Source: Candidatus Nealsonbacteria bacterium
Lineage (GTDB): Bacteria; Patescibacteriota; Minisyncoccia; Minisyncoccales; UBA6532
Direction: 5' to 3'
Length of the DNA stretch: 64,000 nucleotides
Assembly (NCBI GenBank): GCA_016186485.1
Contig: JACPLN010000002.1
Location: forward strand, 1,548-65,547
Position 1 is the first letter of the stretch, and each line of letters starts with the position of its first letter. This document shows positions 33,948-43,003 of this stretch, one piece after another. The notes beneath the pieces are model-generated. The model saw nothing but the letters and a program-made list of their open reading frames with translations. It was not told the origin of the DNA and searched no databases. The position numbers and the translations under genes are program-made.

Positions 33948-35189
33948 ATGAAATTTGTTGCCGATTTTCATATCCATTCAAGGTTTGCCAGGGCCACATC
34001 AAAAGACCTTAACCTTGAGAATTTGGATAAATGGGCGAAAATCAAGGGAATAAAGGTTTTAGGCACGGGAGACTTTACCCATCCTTTGTGGTTTCAAGAA
34101 CTGAAAGAAAACCTAAGGCCCGCAGAACCCGGACTTTACTCTTTTAACGGCGGCGAGGCCAGATTTGTTCTGACATCGGAAATAAGCTGCATTTATTCAA
34201 AAAATAACAGGGTAAGGAAGATCCATGTGCTTTTGTTTGCCCCGAGTCTGGAGACGGCAGATAAAATAAACGCAAAGCTTGGCTGGATCGGAAACTTAAA
34301 ATCAGACGGCAGGCCCATTCTGGGGCTGGACGCAAAAGAGCTGGCAAAAATCGTTTTTAATATTTCTGAAGATTGCCTTGTTGTACCGGCTCACGCCTGG
34401 ACTCCTTGGTTTTCCATTTTCGGCTCAAAATCCGGATTTGATTCAATTGAAGAGTGTTTTGAAGAGTATTCAAAATATATTTATGCCATTGAGACCGGTC
34501 TTTCGTCGGATCCTGCAATGAATTGGCGGCTTTCGGCGCTTGATAAAATAACCCTCATATCAAACAGCGATTGCCACTCCGGTCCGAAGATGGGCAGAGA
34601 AGCCAATGTTTTTGACACAGAGCTTTCCTATTCGGGAATCAGGAACGCAATAAAAGAAAAAGATCCTCAAAAATTCTTATATACCATTGAGTTTTTCCCT
34701 GAGGAGGGGAAATATCATTACGACGGCCACCGCCTTTGTAATATAAGCTTAAAGCCGGAAGATTCAAAAAAGTACAATAATCTTTGCCCGGTTTGCGGAA
34801 AACACTTGACTATAGGGGTTTTGAACAGGGTAGAGGAGCTGGCTGACAGGCCAGACGGCTTTAAACCGGAAGGGGCCATTCCTCAAAAGAGCTTGATTCC
34901 TCTCTCAGAAATTATTGCGGATGTTTTGGGCGTGACTCCGGGGACAAAACAGGTAGATAAAGAATATAAAAATCTTATTGAGAAACTTGGTACCGAACTG
35001 AATATTCTTTTAGACATCACGGAAGGAGACCTAGCTTCTGCCACTTTGCCAGAAATTGCCGAAGGTATTTTGAGGGTGAGGAAAAGAGAGGTATTTATTG
35101 AGCCTGGCTACGACGGCGTTTACGGTAAAATTAAGATTTTCTCCAAAGAAGAACAAAAAAAGCCCATTCGCCAAAAGACCCTTCTCTAA
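33948..35189 (+). CDS. Endonuclease Q family protein (PHP domain plus zinc finger)
   Basis: ADFHIHSRFARATSK...VLGTGDFTHPLW, PAHAWTPW, SNSDCHS, the zinc finger CPVCG, and C-terminal PGYDGVYGKIKIF. By eye it is collinear with archaeal EndoQ (recalled from memory). Confidence 0.7.
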   Translation: MKFVADFHIHSRFARATSKDLNLENLDKWAKIKGIKVLGTGDFTHPLWFQELKENLRPAEPGLYSFNGGEARFVLTSEISCIYSKNNRVRKIHVLLFAPSLETADKINAKLGWIGNLKSDGRPILGLDAKELAKIVFNISEDCLVVPAHAWTPWFSIFGSKSGFDSIEECFEEYSKYIYAIETGLSSDPAMNWRLSALDKITLISNSDCHSGPKMGREANVFDTELSYSGIRNAIKEKDPQKFLYTIEFFPEEGKYHYDGHRLCNISLKPEDSKKYNNLCPVCGKHLTIGVLNRVEELADRPDGFKPEGAIPQKSLIPLSEIIADVLGVTPGTKQVDKEYKNLIEKLGTELNILLDITEGDLASATLPEIAEGILRVRKREVFIEPGYDGVYGKIKIFSKEEQKKPIRQKTLL

Positions 35190-35230
35190 AGAGCCGTTGC
35201 TTGGCCGGGGCAAGCAATAGCCCTACCAAA

Positions 35231-35262
35231 GAAAAAAGCCCTTAGGGGCTTTGTTTTGTTTT
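35231..35262. terminator. Bidirectional terminator hairpin
   Basis: Stem AGCCC/GGGCT, loop TTAG, flanked by AAAAAA upstream and TTTGTTTTGTTTTT downstream. It overlaps the stop of the convergent 35242 gene. Confidence 0.6.
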
Positions 35263-35655
35263 TATGTTTATTTTTTGACGGCGGTCCAGCGGTATTATTC
35301 CTGGGATCCACTCGCCCAAATGGTCGAATTCTGGATAAGCATATTCACTTATTTTCGTTCCGTATATTATCTTATATGCGGCAACACGATAGACGTCGTA
35401 TATTACCGCATCGCGTTCCACTACGCCGTTATTTTCAAGGAAGTTTAATAGCTTTCCCAGTTCGTTTTTTTGGGGTTTTTCTTTTATCTTTTCTTCCAGT
35501 ATCTTTTCTTCCAGCTCCATCCAGGTGACAAACCTGTCTTTGTTAATCCATAAATACTCTACAACTTCCTGCTGCCATATCTCGTGGATATCAGTCGGCG
35601 GCTGCGGCGGAGGAGACAGCATCAAAAACCTATTCTTTCTTACTTCGCTTGTCAT
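35242..35655 (-). CDS. Hypothetical protein
   Basis: A 137-aa ORF with no recognisable motif and coding-like composition. Confidence 0.55.
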   Translation of the reverse strand: MTSEVRKNRFLMLSPPPQPPTDIHEIWQQEVVEYLWINKDRFVTWMELEEKILEEKIKEKPQKNELGKLLNFLENNGVVERDAVIYDVYRVAAYKIIYGTKISEYAYPEFDHLGEWIPGIIPLDRRQKINIKTKQSP

Positions 35656-35703
35656 TCGTTCATCAATCCCATGAAATAAGGTTATCGCAAGAAACCAACA
35701 CCG

Positions 35704-36720
35704 TCAAGCCTTCCAGGATACCTTGTTTTCCTCAATTAAAAATTTTCCATTGATAAATTTTTCAATGACCCATATATTCGTTTGACAGTGCTTTGTAATT
35801 TCAGAAACCGTAATCTGGCTTTTGCCCTTGACCAAGGCCAGGTAGGGTAAGATTTGGTCAGCTAAATTTTTATCCAAACAGGCGCCGCTTTTTTGTTCTT
35901 TTAGAAGCGCCAAAGCGGCTTCTTTTCCGATATCTTCGGCTCTTTTTCCTAATTTTCCCAGATTGTCTGTGCCGATTACGGTGTTCCCAAACTCGGCTAT
36001 TAGGCAAATTTGGCTGCCGGGATTTTGGGCTTGGTAATACTCAACTTTTTCTTCAAGGGGCAGTTTCAGTTTCCCCAATATTTCTCTTACCCCAGCCAGC
36101 TGCCTTTCAGCAATATTTTTATTTTTAAGGACTTCTGACGCACCGGAAAGGGCTAGGATTTTTTTAAGGTCTCCTCGGGCAGTAAGATTAATTTTCTTCA
36201 GTTGGGAAGGGAAAATTTTTACTTCCATTTTAGCTCCCCCCTCGGGATAGCAGCCTCTCTTTATAATATTAATTTCTATTTTTGCCCCCATCTTCTCTAA
36301 GACCTTTAGAAATACATACTTAAAATAGTTTATAGTTGGAGAAAAGAAGGTGTCTGTCGCTCCTCCATCAAAACTGATTTCCGCCGCTTTTGGCGAAAAA
36401 AGAGCGGGGGGAATTAATGTTTGCAAAATCAGGGTTATGCTTGCCGCCGTTAGAATTTTGACGGAGGTCTGTCCTCCGTAATCTTGGCCGGGGTAGAATT
36501 TAATATCTTGAGAGCCGAGTTCGTCGCCTTCCAGACGCCCAGAGCATAGCTGCGACAGAGCTTTAATTCCTAGAAGATGCTGATTTGCAAGGCCAGGATT
36601 CGGTCTGTTTTTCCTGATATTAAAAACCCGGCAAGGTTTTTTTGTAATTGCCGAAAGCGCCAAGGCTGTTCTCAAAATCTGCCCGCCCCCTTCAAGATAT
36701 GAGCCGTCAATTTCTATCAT
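35704..36720 (-). CDS. rtcA: RNA 3'-terminal phosphate cyclase RtcA
   Basis: MIEIDGSYLEGGGQILRTALALSAITKKPCRVFNIR and NPGLANQHL. The start is taken at ATG 36720; the ORF-track N-terminal extension is hydrophobic junk. Confidence 0.88.
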   Translation of the reverse strand: MIEIDGSYLEGGGQILRTALALSAITKKPCRVFNIRKNRPNPGLANQHLLGIKALSQLCSGRLEGDELGSQDIKFYPGQDYGGQTSVKILTAASITLILQTLIPPALFSPKAAEISFDGGATDTFFSPTINYFKYVFLKVLEKMGAKIEINIIKRGCYPEGGAKMEVKIFPSQLKKINLTARGDLKKILALSGASEVLKNKNIAERQLAGVREILGKLKLPLEEKVEYYQAQNPGSQICLIAEFGNTVIGTDNLGKLGKRAEDIGKEAALALLKEQKSGACLDKNLADQILPYLALVKGKSQITVSEITKHCQTNIWVIEKFINGKFLIEENKVSWKA

Positions 36721-36780
36721 ATTTATTAAATATAATACAAAAGGATTGACACTCATAGGGATAGATATAAAGTAAATAAG

Positions 36781-37197
36781 GTGAGTCAGATGGGAAATCC
36801 CGATAGAAATGAAGGTTTGTCCCTGGGAGACTATGTAAATCTTACCATAGGCGCATCTTGCTGGAATTGCGAGAATCATGATGGCGGTTGGGAGGTTAAG
36901 GGATTTGATAAGAAACAATGGCTGTATTATCAATGCAAGAAATGCGGATATCAAACCTCATTTGATAAGTTGGGAGTTCCGAGGAATAAGCCGCCATGCT
37001 ACGGACACTACTGGGAAGTCGCTCCTAATTTGAGAAATTTGAAGACAAGAGGCTGCGTAGGAATAGACGGTCTAATAAATTGTCCTTATTGGACATTAAG
37101 CAAAGGCGGTTGCCCGATGGCTGGGAAATTACCGAAAATAGTAAATATCCCGGAGGAAAGAACCGTTAATCAAAGGCACCAAGTGTTCCAACAATAA
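36781..37197 (+). CDS. Hypothetical cysteine-rich protein (zinc-ribbon-like CWNC...CKKC)
   Basis: A GTG at 36781 or ATG at 36790, with ten Cys including CxxC pairs. It is divergent from rtcA and followed by a good terminator. Confidence 0.5.
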   Translation: MSQMGNPDRNEGLSLGDYVNLTIGASCWNCENHDGGWEVKGFDKKQWLYYQCKKCGYQTSFDKLGVPRNKPPCYGHYWEVAPNLRNLKTRGCVGIDGLINCPYWTLSKGGCPMAGKLPKIVNIPEERTVNQRHQVFQQ

Positions 37198-37205
37198 AAA
37201 TAAAA

Positions 37206-37242
37206 GGAAGAAAACTAAAATTTCTTCCCCCTTTTATTTTTT
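37206..37242 (+). terminator. Rho-independent terminator
   Basis: An 8-bp stem GGAAGAAA/TTTCTTCC with a 7-nt loop, then CCCTTTTATTTTTT. Confidence 0.65.
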
Positions 37243-37258
37243 AATTAGGGCTGTGGAT

Positions 37259-37287
37259 TTGTTGATATTTCTTGCCGATGTTATTAT
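37259..37287 (+). promoter_or_regulatory. Candidate promoter of the RNR operon (TTGTTG-17 nt-TATTAT)
   Basis: Hexamers at 37259-37264 and 37282-37287, about 37 nt upstream of the nrdJ ATG. Confidence 0.35.
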
Positions 37288-37323
37288 AAGATAACATCTA
37301 TTGAAAAAGAGATTTTTTATTTT

Positions 37324-39639
37324 ATGATCCAAAAAATTCCTTTTAAAAACGTAACCAAAAGGGACGGAAGATTAGTTCCTTTTGACCAGGCCAGAATTAC
37401 CGAGGCCATTAAAAAAGCGATACAAGCAAGCCAGGAGGGAAATTTAGAAAAAGACCCAGAAAGAATTTCCGACAAAGTAGTGCAGGTTTTGATAAAGAAA
37501 TATCCTTCCACCCACAGTCCGCACATTGAAGAAATCCAGGATATGGTTGAGGAAACGCTCATTCTTTTGGATTTTCCAAAAACCGCCAAGTCCTATATTC
37601 TTTACAGAAACCAAAGGGCCCAGCTGAGAGAAAAAGGAAAAATAGTTCCTGGAAGAGTTAAGGAATTAGTTCAAAAAAGCAAAAGTTATTTTAGAAACAA
37701 ACTCGCCGAGTTTATTTATTACAGATCTTATTCCAGGTGGATAGAAAGCGAAGGCAGGCGCGAAACCTGGATTGAGACCGTTGATAGATTCGTTGATTTC
37801 ATGAAAGAAAGGCTGGAGAAAAAGTTTAGCGAAGCAGAATATGAGAATATTCGTCAGGCAATTTTGAATCAGGAAGTAATGCCGTCAATGAGATTGGTTT
37901 GGTCGGCCGGAAAAGCGGCCAAGGCCACAAACGTTTCAGCATACAATTGCAGTTTTATTGCTCCCAGCCAAATAAGGGATTTTGCCGAAATAATGTATCT
38001 TTCAATGTGCGGGGCCGGAGTAGGATTTTCCGTAGAATCTCAGACTATTCAGCTGCTTCCAATAATCAAGCGCCAGACCGGCGCTGTTTTGCCGACCCAC
38101 GTTATTGAAGACAACAAAGAGGGCTGGGGAAATGCTTTGATTGCCGGGATGACGGCCTGGTATCAGGGCAAAGACATAAATTTCGATTTTTCAAGGTTGA
38201 GACCGGCTGGCGCGAGATTGAATACTATGGGCGGAAGAAGCTCGGGGCCAGAACCATTGCGTTCTTTGCTTGATTTTACCAGAGCAAAAGTTTTAAGCAG
38301 GCAGGGAAAAAGGATTTCTAATTTGGACGCCCACGATATAATTTGCAAAATAGGGGAATTGGTTGTGATGGGAGGAGTAAGAAGAACGGCCCTTATTTCT
38401 CTTTCCGATCTTGATGATCTTGAAATGAGAGACGCTAAAAGAGGGCAGTTTTACATAGAGTATCCATATCGGTCAATGGCAAACAACTCCGCAGTTTATA
38501 TGGAGAAGCCAAACTCAATTCAATTTTTAGACGAGTGGCTGGCTTTATCCAAGAGCGGAAGCGGAGAGCGGGGAATTTTTAACAGAGGCGGATTAAAGGC
38601 TCAGCTTCCGGAACGGCGCTGGAAAAACTTTGAAAAATACTGGCAGAGGGCGGGCACAAATCCGTGCGGAGAGATAATATTGAGGTCAAAAGAGTTCTGC
38701 AATCTAACAGAAGTTGTTGCCAGGCAGGAAGATACGGAGGAAACCTTATTGAAAAAAATAGAGATTGCCTCAATCTTGGGAACTTATCAATCAACCCTTA
38801 CAGACTTCCCTTATATTTCCAAAGATTGGAAGAAAAATTGCGAAGAAGAAAGGCTTCTTGGTATTTCAATCACCGGCCAGTGGGATTGCAAAGCAGTGAG
38901 GAACAGAGCTACTTTGAGAAAGCTAAAAGAAAGGGCGCTTGAGGTCAACAGAATTTATGCCAGGCGTTTTGGCATTAATGCATCGGCCGCAGTAACTTGC
39001 GTGAAGCCAAGCGGCACAGTATCTAATCTCGTAGACTCAGCTTCCGGAATGCATCAAAGATATTCTCCTTATTACATAAGGAGAATAAGGATATCTGCCA
39101 CGGATCCGCTTTTTCACATGCTAAAAGATCAAAAATTTCCTTTCATTTATCCTGAAGTTGGCCAAACCGCAGATTCAGCGACCACTTTTGTATTGGAGTT
39201 TCCGGTAGCCTCGCCAAAGAATTCCATTTTCCGCAATGATTTAACAGCAATTGAACAATTGGAGCACTGGAGGATGGTTAAAGAGAATTACACAGAGCAC
39301 AATCCTTCGGTTACTATTTCTGTTGGTGAGGACGAATGGATTAAAACCGCCCACTGGCTTTATGAAAATTGGGATATTTTGGGAGGACTGTCTTTCTTGC
39401 CCAGATCAAAGCATGTTTACAGATTGGCCCCATACGAAGAAATAAATGAAGATCGTTATAAGGAAATGGTTTCTCAAATGCCGGACATCGATTTTTCGCA
39501 AATTATTATTTACGAGAAAGAAGACGAAACTACGGGAGCCAAAGAGTTAGCATGCGTTGGGGGATTATGCGAGATTGATCTTGAAGAAGGAAGTCTCCCT
39601 TCGGCAATCCCTTCGTCCTCGTCTTCATCAGAAGAATGA
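37324..39639 (+). CDS. nrdJ: Class II (adenosylcobalamin-dependent) ribonucleotide reductase with N-terminal ATP-cone
   Basis: ATP-cone VTKRDGRLVPFDQARITEAIKKA, YRSYSRW...GRRETW, active-site loop GTNPCGEI, and the C-terminal redox tail ACVGGLCE. Confidence 0.88.
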   Translation: MIQKIPFKNVTKRDGRLVPFDQARITEAIKKAIQASQEGNLEKDPERISDKVVQVLIKKYPSTHSPHIEEIQDMVEETLILLDFPKTAKSYILYRNQRAQLREKGKIVPGRVKELVQKSKSYFRNKLAEFIYYRSYSRWIESEGRRETWIETVDRFVDFMKERLEKKFSEAEYENIRQAILNQEVMPSMRLVWSAGKAAKATNVSAYNCSFIAPSQIRDFAEIMYLSMCGAGVGFSVESQTIQLLPIIKRQTGAVLPTHVIEDNKEGWGNALIAGMTAWYQGKDINFDFSRLRPAGARLNTMGGRSSGPEPLRSLLDFTRAKVLSRQGKRISNLDAHDIICKIGELVVMGGVRRTALISLSDLDDLEMRDAKRGQFYIEYPYRSMANNSAVYMEKPNSIQFLDEWLALSKSGSGERGIFNRGGLKAQLPERRWKNFEKYWQRAGTNPCGEIILRSKEFCNLTEVVARQEDTEETLLKKIEIASILGTYQSTLTDFPYISKDWKKNCEEERLLGISITGQWDCKAVRNRATLRKLKERALEVNRIYARRFGINASAAVTCVKPSGTVSNLVDSASGMHQRYSPYYIRRIRISATDPLFHMLKDQKFPFIYPEVGQTADSATTFVLEFPVASPKNSIFRNDLTAIEQLEHWRMVKENYTEHNPSVTISVGEDEWIKTAHWLYENWDILGGLSFLPRSKHVYRLAPYEEINEDRYKEMVSQMPDIDFSQIIIYEKEDETTGAKELACVGGLCEIDLEEGSLPSAIPSSSSSSEE

Positions 39640-40157
39640 TATTTATATTTACCGGAAACGGCAAGGGGAAAACCACCTCGGCCATAGGACAGGCGGTAAG
39701 GGTTATTGGCCAGGGCGAGAGAGCGGCAATAATCCAATTTATCAAAAGCAGGAAATGGGCCGCTGGCGAAGATATTGCCCTTAAAGTTTTTGGTAAAAAC
39801 TTAAAATTTATAAAAGGAGGCAAGGGTTTTGTCGGCATTATGGGAGATAGGCTGCCAAAATCTCTTCACAAAAAGGCAGCCGAAAAAACCTTGAGAAAAG
39901 CGAAGAAGGAGATTTTCTCAAAAAAATACGGCCTTGTTGTTTTAGACGAAATTAATGTTGCCCTTTCTTTAAAACTTGTTAAACTAAATGAGGTATTGAA
40001 AATTATAAAGATGGCACCGAAGGAAACAGATCTTATTTTAACCGGTCGGGACTCGCCCAAAACTTTAATAAAAGAGGCGGATTTAGTAACCGAATTTAAG
40101 GAGATAAGACACCCATTTAAGAAAGGGGTGTGGGGAAAAAAAGGAAGAGAATATTAA
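39636..40157 (+). CDS. cobA: ATP:cob(I)alamin adenosyltransferase (CobA/CobO/BtuR family)
   Basis: MIFIFTGNGKGKTTSAIGQAVR, IIQFIKS and VLDEINVAL. A 4-nt ATGA overlap joins it to nrdJ. Confidence 0.85.
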   Translation: MIFIFTGNGKGKTTSAIGQAVRVIGQGERAAIIQFIKSRKWAAGEDIALKVFGKNLKFIKGGKGFVGIMGDRLPKSLHKKAAEKTLRKAKKEIFSKKYGLVVLDEINVALSLKLVKLNEVLKIIKMAPKETDLILTGRDSPKTLIKEADLVTEFKEIRHPFKKGVWGKKGREY

Positions 40158-40161
40158 TTAT

Positions 40162-40428
40162 ATGGCAGAAAAAATATACAAAGTGAAAGTCATAAGGGAT
40201 CTTTGTATTGGAGCCGGGTCTTGCGAGGTTATTTCCCCGAAGGTTTTTAAGGTTGACGAAGAGGCAAAGGCAATAATTTTGGGCCAGGGGACGAACCCTG
40301 ATGAAAACGGTTTTGTTATGGCAGCCAAAGATACCGCAGAGAATGTTATTGCCGCAGCTAAATCTTGCCCGACTTTTGCCATCATTGTTTTAGATGAGAC
40401 CGGGAAACAAATTTGGCCGGAACTATGA
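40162..40428 (+). CDS. Small ferredoxin with three cysteines (CxxAxxC...CP; 3Fe-4S-type pattern)
   Basis: VIRDLCIGAGSCEVISPKVF...AAKSCPTFAI. The protein contains only 3 Cys. Confidence 0.75.
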   Translation: MAEKIYKVKVIRDLCIGAGSCEVISPKVFKVDEEAKAIILGQGTNPDENGFVMAAKDTAENVIAAAKSCPTFAIIVLDETGKQIWPEL

Positions 40429-42152
40429 TTGATTTAACTTGGAAAATCGGAGGGGAAGCCGGGTATGGAATTATGTCTTCCGGATTGATTTTTGCCAAAG
40501 CCGCCTTGAGGTCGGGCTATTTTATTTATGATTTGAACGAATACCCGTCTCTGATAAGAGGAGGGCACAATACCTATACTGTTAGGATTTCTGATGGAGA
40601 AATTTATTCCCAAGTAAAACCAGTTAATTTATTAGTTGCCCTAAATCAAAACGCCATTGATTTTCATAAGGACGAATTATCTCAAGGCGCAGCCTTGATA
40701 GTAAACACCGATAAGGTAGACCAAGAAAAAATAAAGATTTCTAAAGGCGTTAATCTTTTCCCTGTTCCTTTAATTAAGCTGGCAAAAGAAGTCGATGGGA
40801 AAGAAATAATGATGAATACCGTAGCCATCGGAGCCTCAATGGCATTATTAAAAGGAGATTTTGAGGTGTTGACCGAAGTCATAAAGGATTTTTTTAAGGG
40901 AAAAGAAAAAATAGAGGAACTAAATATTAAAGCGGCAAAACTGGGTTTTGACTTCATAAAAAACAACTTTAACAAAATTGAGTTTAGTTTTTCCCTGCCA
41001 AAGAAAAACAGGGATAATGGGATGCTGTTGACTGGCAACGATGCTATTGCCTTAGGAGCGGTGAAAGCAGGCCTCAAGTTTTTTGCCTGCTATCCGATGA
41101 CGCCGATAAATTCTCTGCTTGCCTATTTTGCAAAACAGGGGCCTGAACTGAAAATAGTTTACATTCAGCCGGAAGACGAGATCTCCGGAATTAATATGGC
41201 GATTGGAGCGTCTTTTGCCGGGGCAAGGTCAATGGTTGCAACTTCCGGCGGAGGTTTTTCTTTAATGACAGAAGCTTTTGGATTAGCCGGGATAACAGAA
41301 ACACCATTAGTTATTATTGAAGGGCAAAGGCCGGGGCCCGCCACCGGTCTTCCGACCTGGGGGGCCCAGGGAGACCTGAGATTTGTTTTACATGCCGCTC
41401 AGGATGATTTTCCGAGAATCGTTTTAGCCCCCGGGGACCCGGAGGAATGTTTTTGGCTTACAATAGAGGCTTTCAATTTGGCTGAAATCTATCAAGCACC
41501 GGCAGTTATTTTGACAGATAAGCATTTGGGAGAAAGTCACCAGAGCGTTGCCGATTTTGAAGATTCTAAAGCAAAAATAGACAGAGGGTTCATGCTTTCA
41601 AAAGACGATCAGCTTAAAGAATATAAGAGATACCAGTTTACTGAAAACGGTATTTCTCCAAGGGGGATTCCCGGCAGAAAAGGATTTACATTCAGAGCCA
41701 ATAGCGACGAACACAATGAATACGGTTTTTCCAATGAGGAAGCCGAGGTCAGGAAAAATCAGGTTGAAAAAAGAATGAGAAAGATGGAAACGCTTGCTAA
41801 AAAAATTCCAAACCCAAATATTTATGGCCCGGATAAAGCAGAATTTACTCTTATCGGCTGGGGTTCTGCAAAGGGGCCAATTCTTGAAGCCCAAAAAGCG
41901 CTAGAAACAGAAAATGTAAAGACAAACTTTTTGCATTTAACATATATGAATCCGTTCCCGTCGCAATTCGTAGCTGATTTTTTGAAAGGCAAAAAGAATG
42001 TTTTAATGGTTGAACAAAACTCAACCGCTCAGTGCGCAGGCCTGATTAGAGAAAGAACAGGAATTACAATTAAGAACCATCTTTTGAAATACGATGGCAG
42101 GCCTTTCTTTCCGGAAGAAATTGCCGAAAAAGTTAAGGAACTATGGAAATAG
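40425..42152 (+). CDS. korA: 2-oxoacid:ferredoxin oxidoreductase alpha subunit (gamma-alpha fusion)
   Basis: An N-terminal gamma-like domain (GGEAGYGIMSSG...YPSLIRGGHN) followed by an alpha domain (GNDAIALGA...CYPMTPIN...GRPGPATGLPT). ATGA overlap with the ferredoxin gene. Confidence 0.85.
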   Translation: MIDLTWKIGGEAGYGIMSSGLIFAKAALRSGYFIYDLNEYPSLIRGGHNTYTVRISDGEIYSQVKPVNLLVALNQNAIDFHKDELSQGAALIVNTDKVDQEKIKISKGVNLFPVPLIKLAKEVDGKEIMMNTVAIGASMALLKGDFEVLTEVIKDFFKGKEKIEELNIKAAKLGFDFIKNNFNKIEFSFSLPKKNRDNGMLLTGNDAIALGAVKAGLKFFACYPMTPINSLLAYFAKQGPELKIVYIQPEDEISGINMAIGASFAGARSMVATSGGGFSLMTEAFGLAGITETPLVIIEGQRPGPATGLPTWGAQGDLRFVLHAAQDDFPRIVLAPGDPEECFWLTIEAFNLAEIYQAPAVILTDKHLGESHQSVADFEDSKAKIDRGFMLSKDDQLKEYKRYQFTENGISPRGIPGRKGFTFRANSDEHNEYGFSNEEAEVRKNQVEKRMRKMETLAKKIPNPNIYGPDKAEFTLIGWGSAKGPILEAQKALETENVKTNFLHLTYMNPFPSQFVADFLKGKKNVLMVEQNSTAQCAGLIRERTGITIKNHLLKYDGRPFFPEEIAEKVKELWK

Positions 42153-43003
42153 ATAAATTTAAAACCGAAGAAAAAGTTACTTGGTGCCAAGGGTGCGGAA
42201 ATTTTGGCATTTGGGTTGCTTTAAGACAGGCATTTTTAGAGCTTGGCTGGGGGCCGGAAGATGTTTTGTTGGTTTACGGGATTGGCTGCCATGGCCATAT
42301 GATTAATTATTTGAATAATTATGGTTTTGACGCTCTCCATGGCAGAGGGCTCCCTTTGGCTCAAGGAGCAAAGCTTGCTAATAAAAATCTTAATGTAATA
42401 GTGATAGCGGGTGACGGCGACCAGTTTGGAGAAGGAGGGAACCACTTTATCCATGCGGCTAGGCGCAACCTAGACATAACTTGCATTATCCACGACAACC
42501 AAATTTACGGTTTAACCGTTGGCCAAACTTCCCCGACCTCTGAAAAAGGGTTTGTTACCAAGTCAACTCCTCATGGCGCGCCAGATCAGCCCGTTAACCC
42601 AATTTCCCTTTCTTTGGCGTCAGAGGCAAGCTTTGTTGCCAGAGGGTTTTCCGGCGATGTCAAACACCTGACTAAGCTTTTTGTGGACGGATTAAAGCAT
42701 AAGGGTTTTTCCGTAATTGATGTTTTGCAGCCCTGCGTAACGCTTAATCATTTAAATACTTTCCAGTATTTTTTCCAAAGAGTTTATAAGCTGGATGAGG
42801 CCGGCCATAATCATAATGACAAGATTTCCGCTTTCACAAAATCTTTTGAGTGGGGAGACAAAATACCAATAGGCCTTTTCTATAAAGAAGAAAGGCCGAT
42901 TCTTGAAGAGTTGCTGCCTCAGTTAAAACCCGAGGAGAAGTCGCTTGTTGATCAGGATATATACAATATAGAAATAAAAAGTCTTTTTGAAGAATTTAAA
43001 TGA
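42143..43003 (+). CDS. korB: 2-oxoacid:ferredoxin oxidoreductase beta subunit (TPP-binding)
   Basis: WCQGCGNFG cluster ligands and the TPP motif AGDGDQFGEGGNH; it overlaps both neighbours. Confidence 0.85.
   Translation: MEIDKFKTEEKVTWCQGCGNFGIWVALRQAFLELGWGPEDVLLVYGIGCHGHMINYLNNYGFDALHGRGLPLAQGAKLANKNLNVIVIAGDGDQFGEGGNHFIHAARRNLDITCIIHDNQIYGLTVGQTSPTSEKGFVTKSTPHGAPDQPVNPISLSLASEASFVARGFSGDVKHLTKLFVDGLKHKGFSVIDVLQPCVTLNHLNTFQYFFQRVYKLDEAGHNHNDKISAFTKSFEWGDKIPIGLFYKEERPILEELLPQLKPEEKSLVDQDIYNIEIKSLFEEFK

Noticed and set aside
36721-36954. The 78-codon N-terminal extension of rtcA given by the ORF track.
   Set aside because: It is a hydrophobic, low-complexity extension into the divergent promoter region. 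The conserved RtcA N-terminus MIEIDGSYLEGGGQILR starts at 36720.
37198-37323. A cobalamin riboswitch or NrdR box upstream of the class II RNR.
   Set aside because: No B12-box-like core (GCCACTG context) is visible and there is no convincing tandem NrdR-box palindrome. The region holds only a terminator and a weak promoter.
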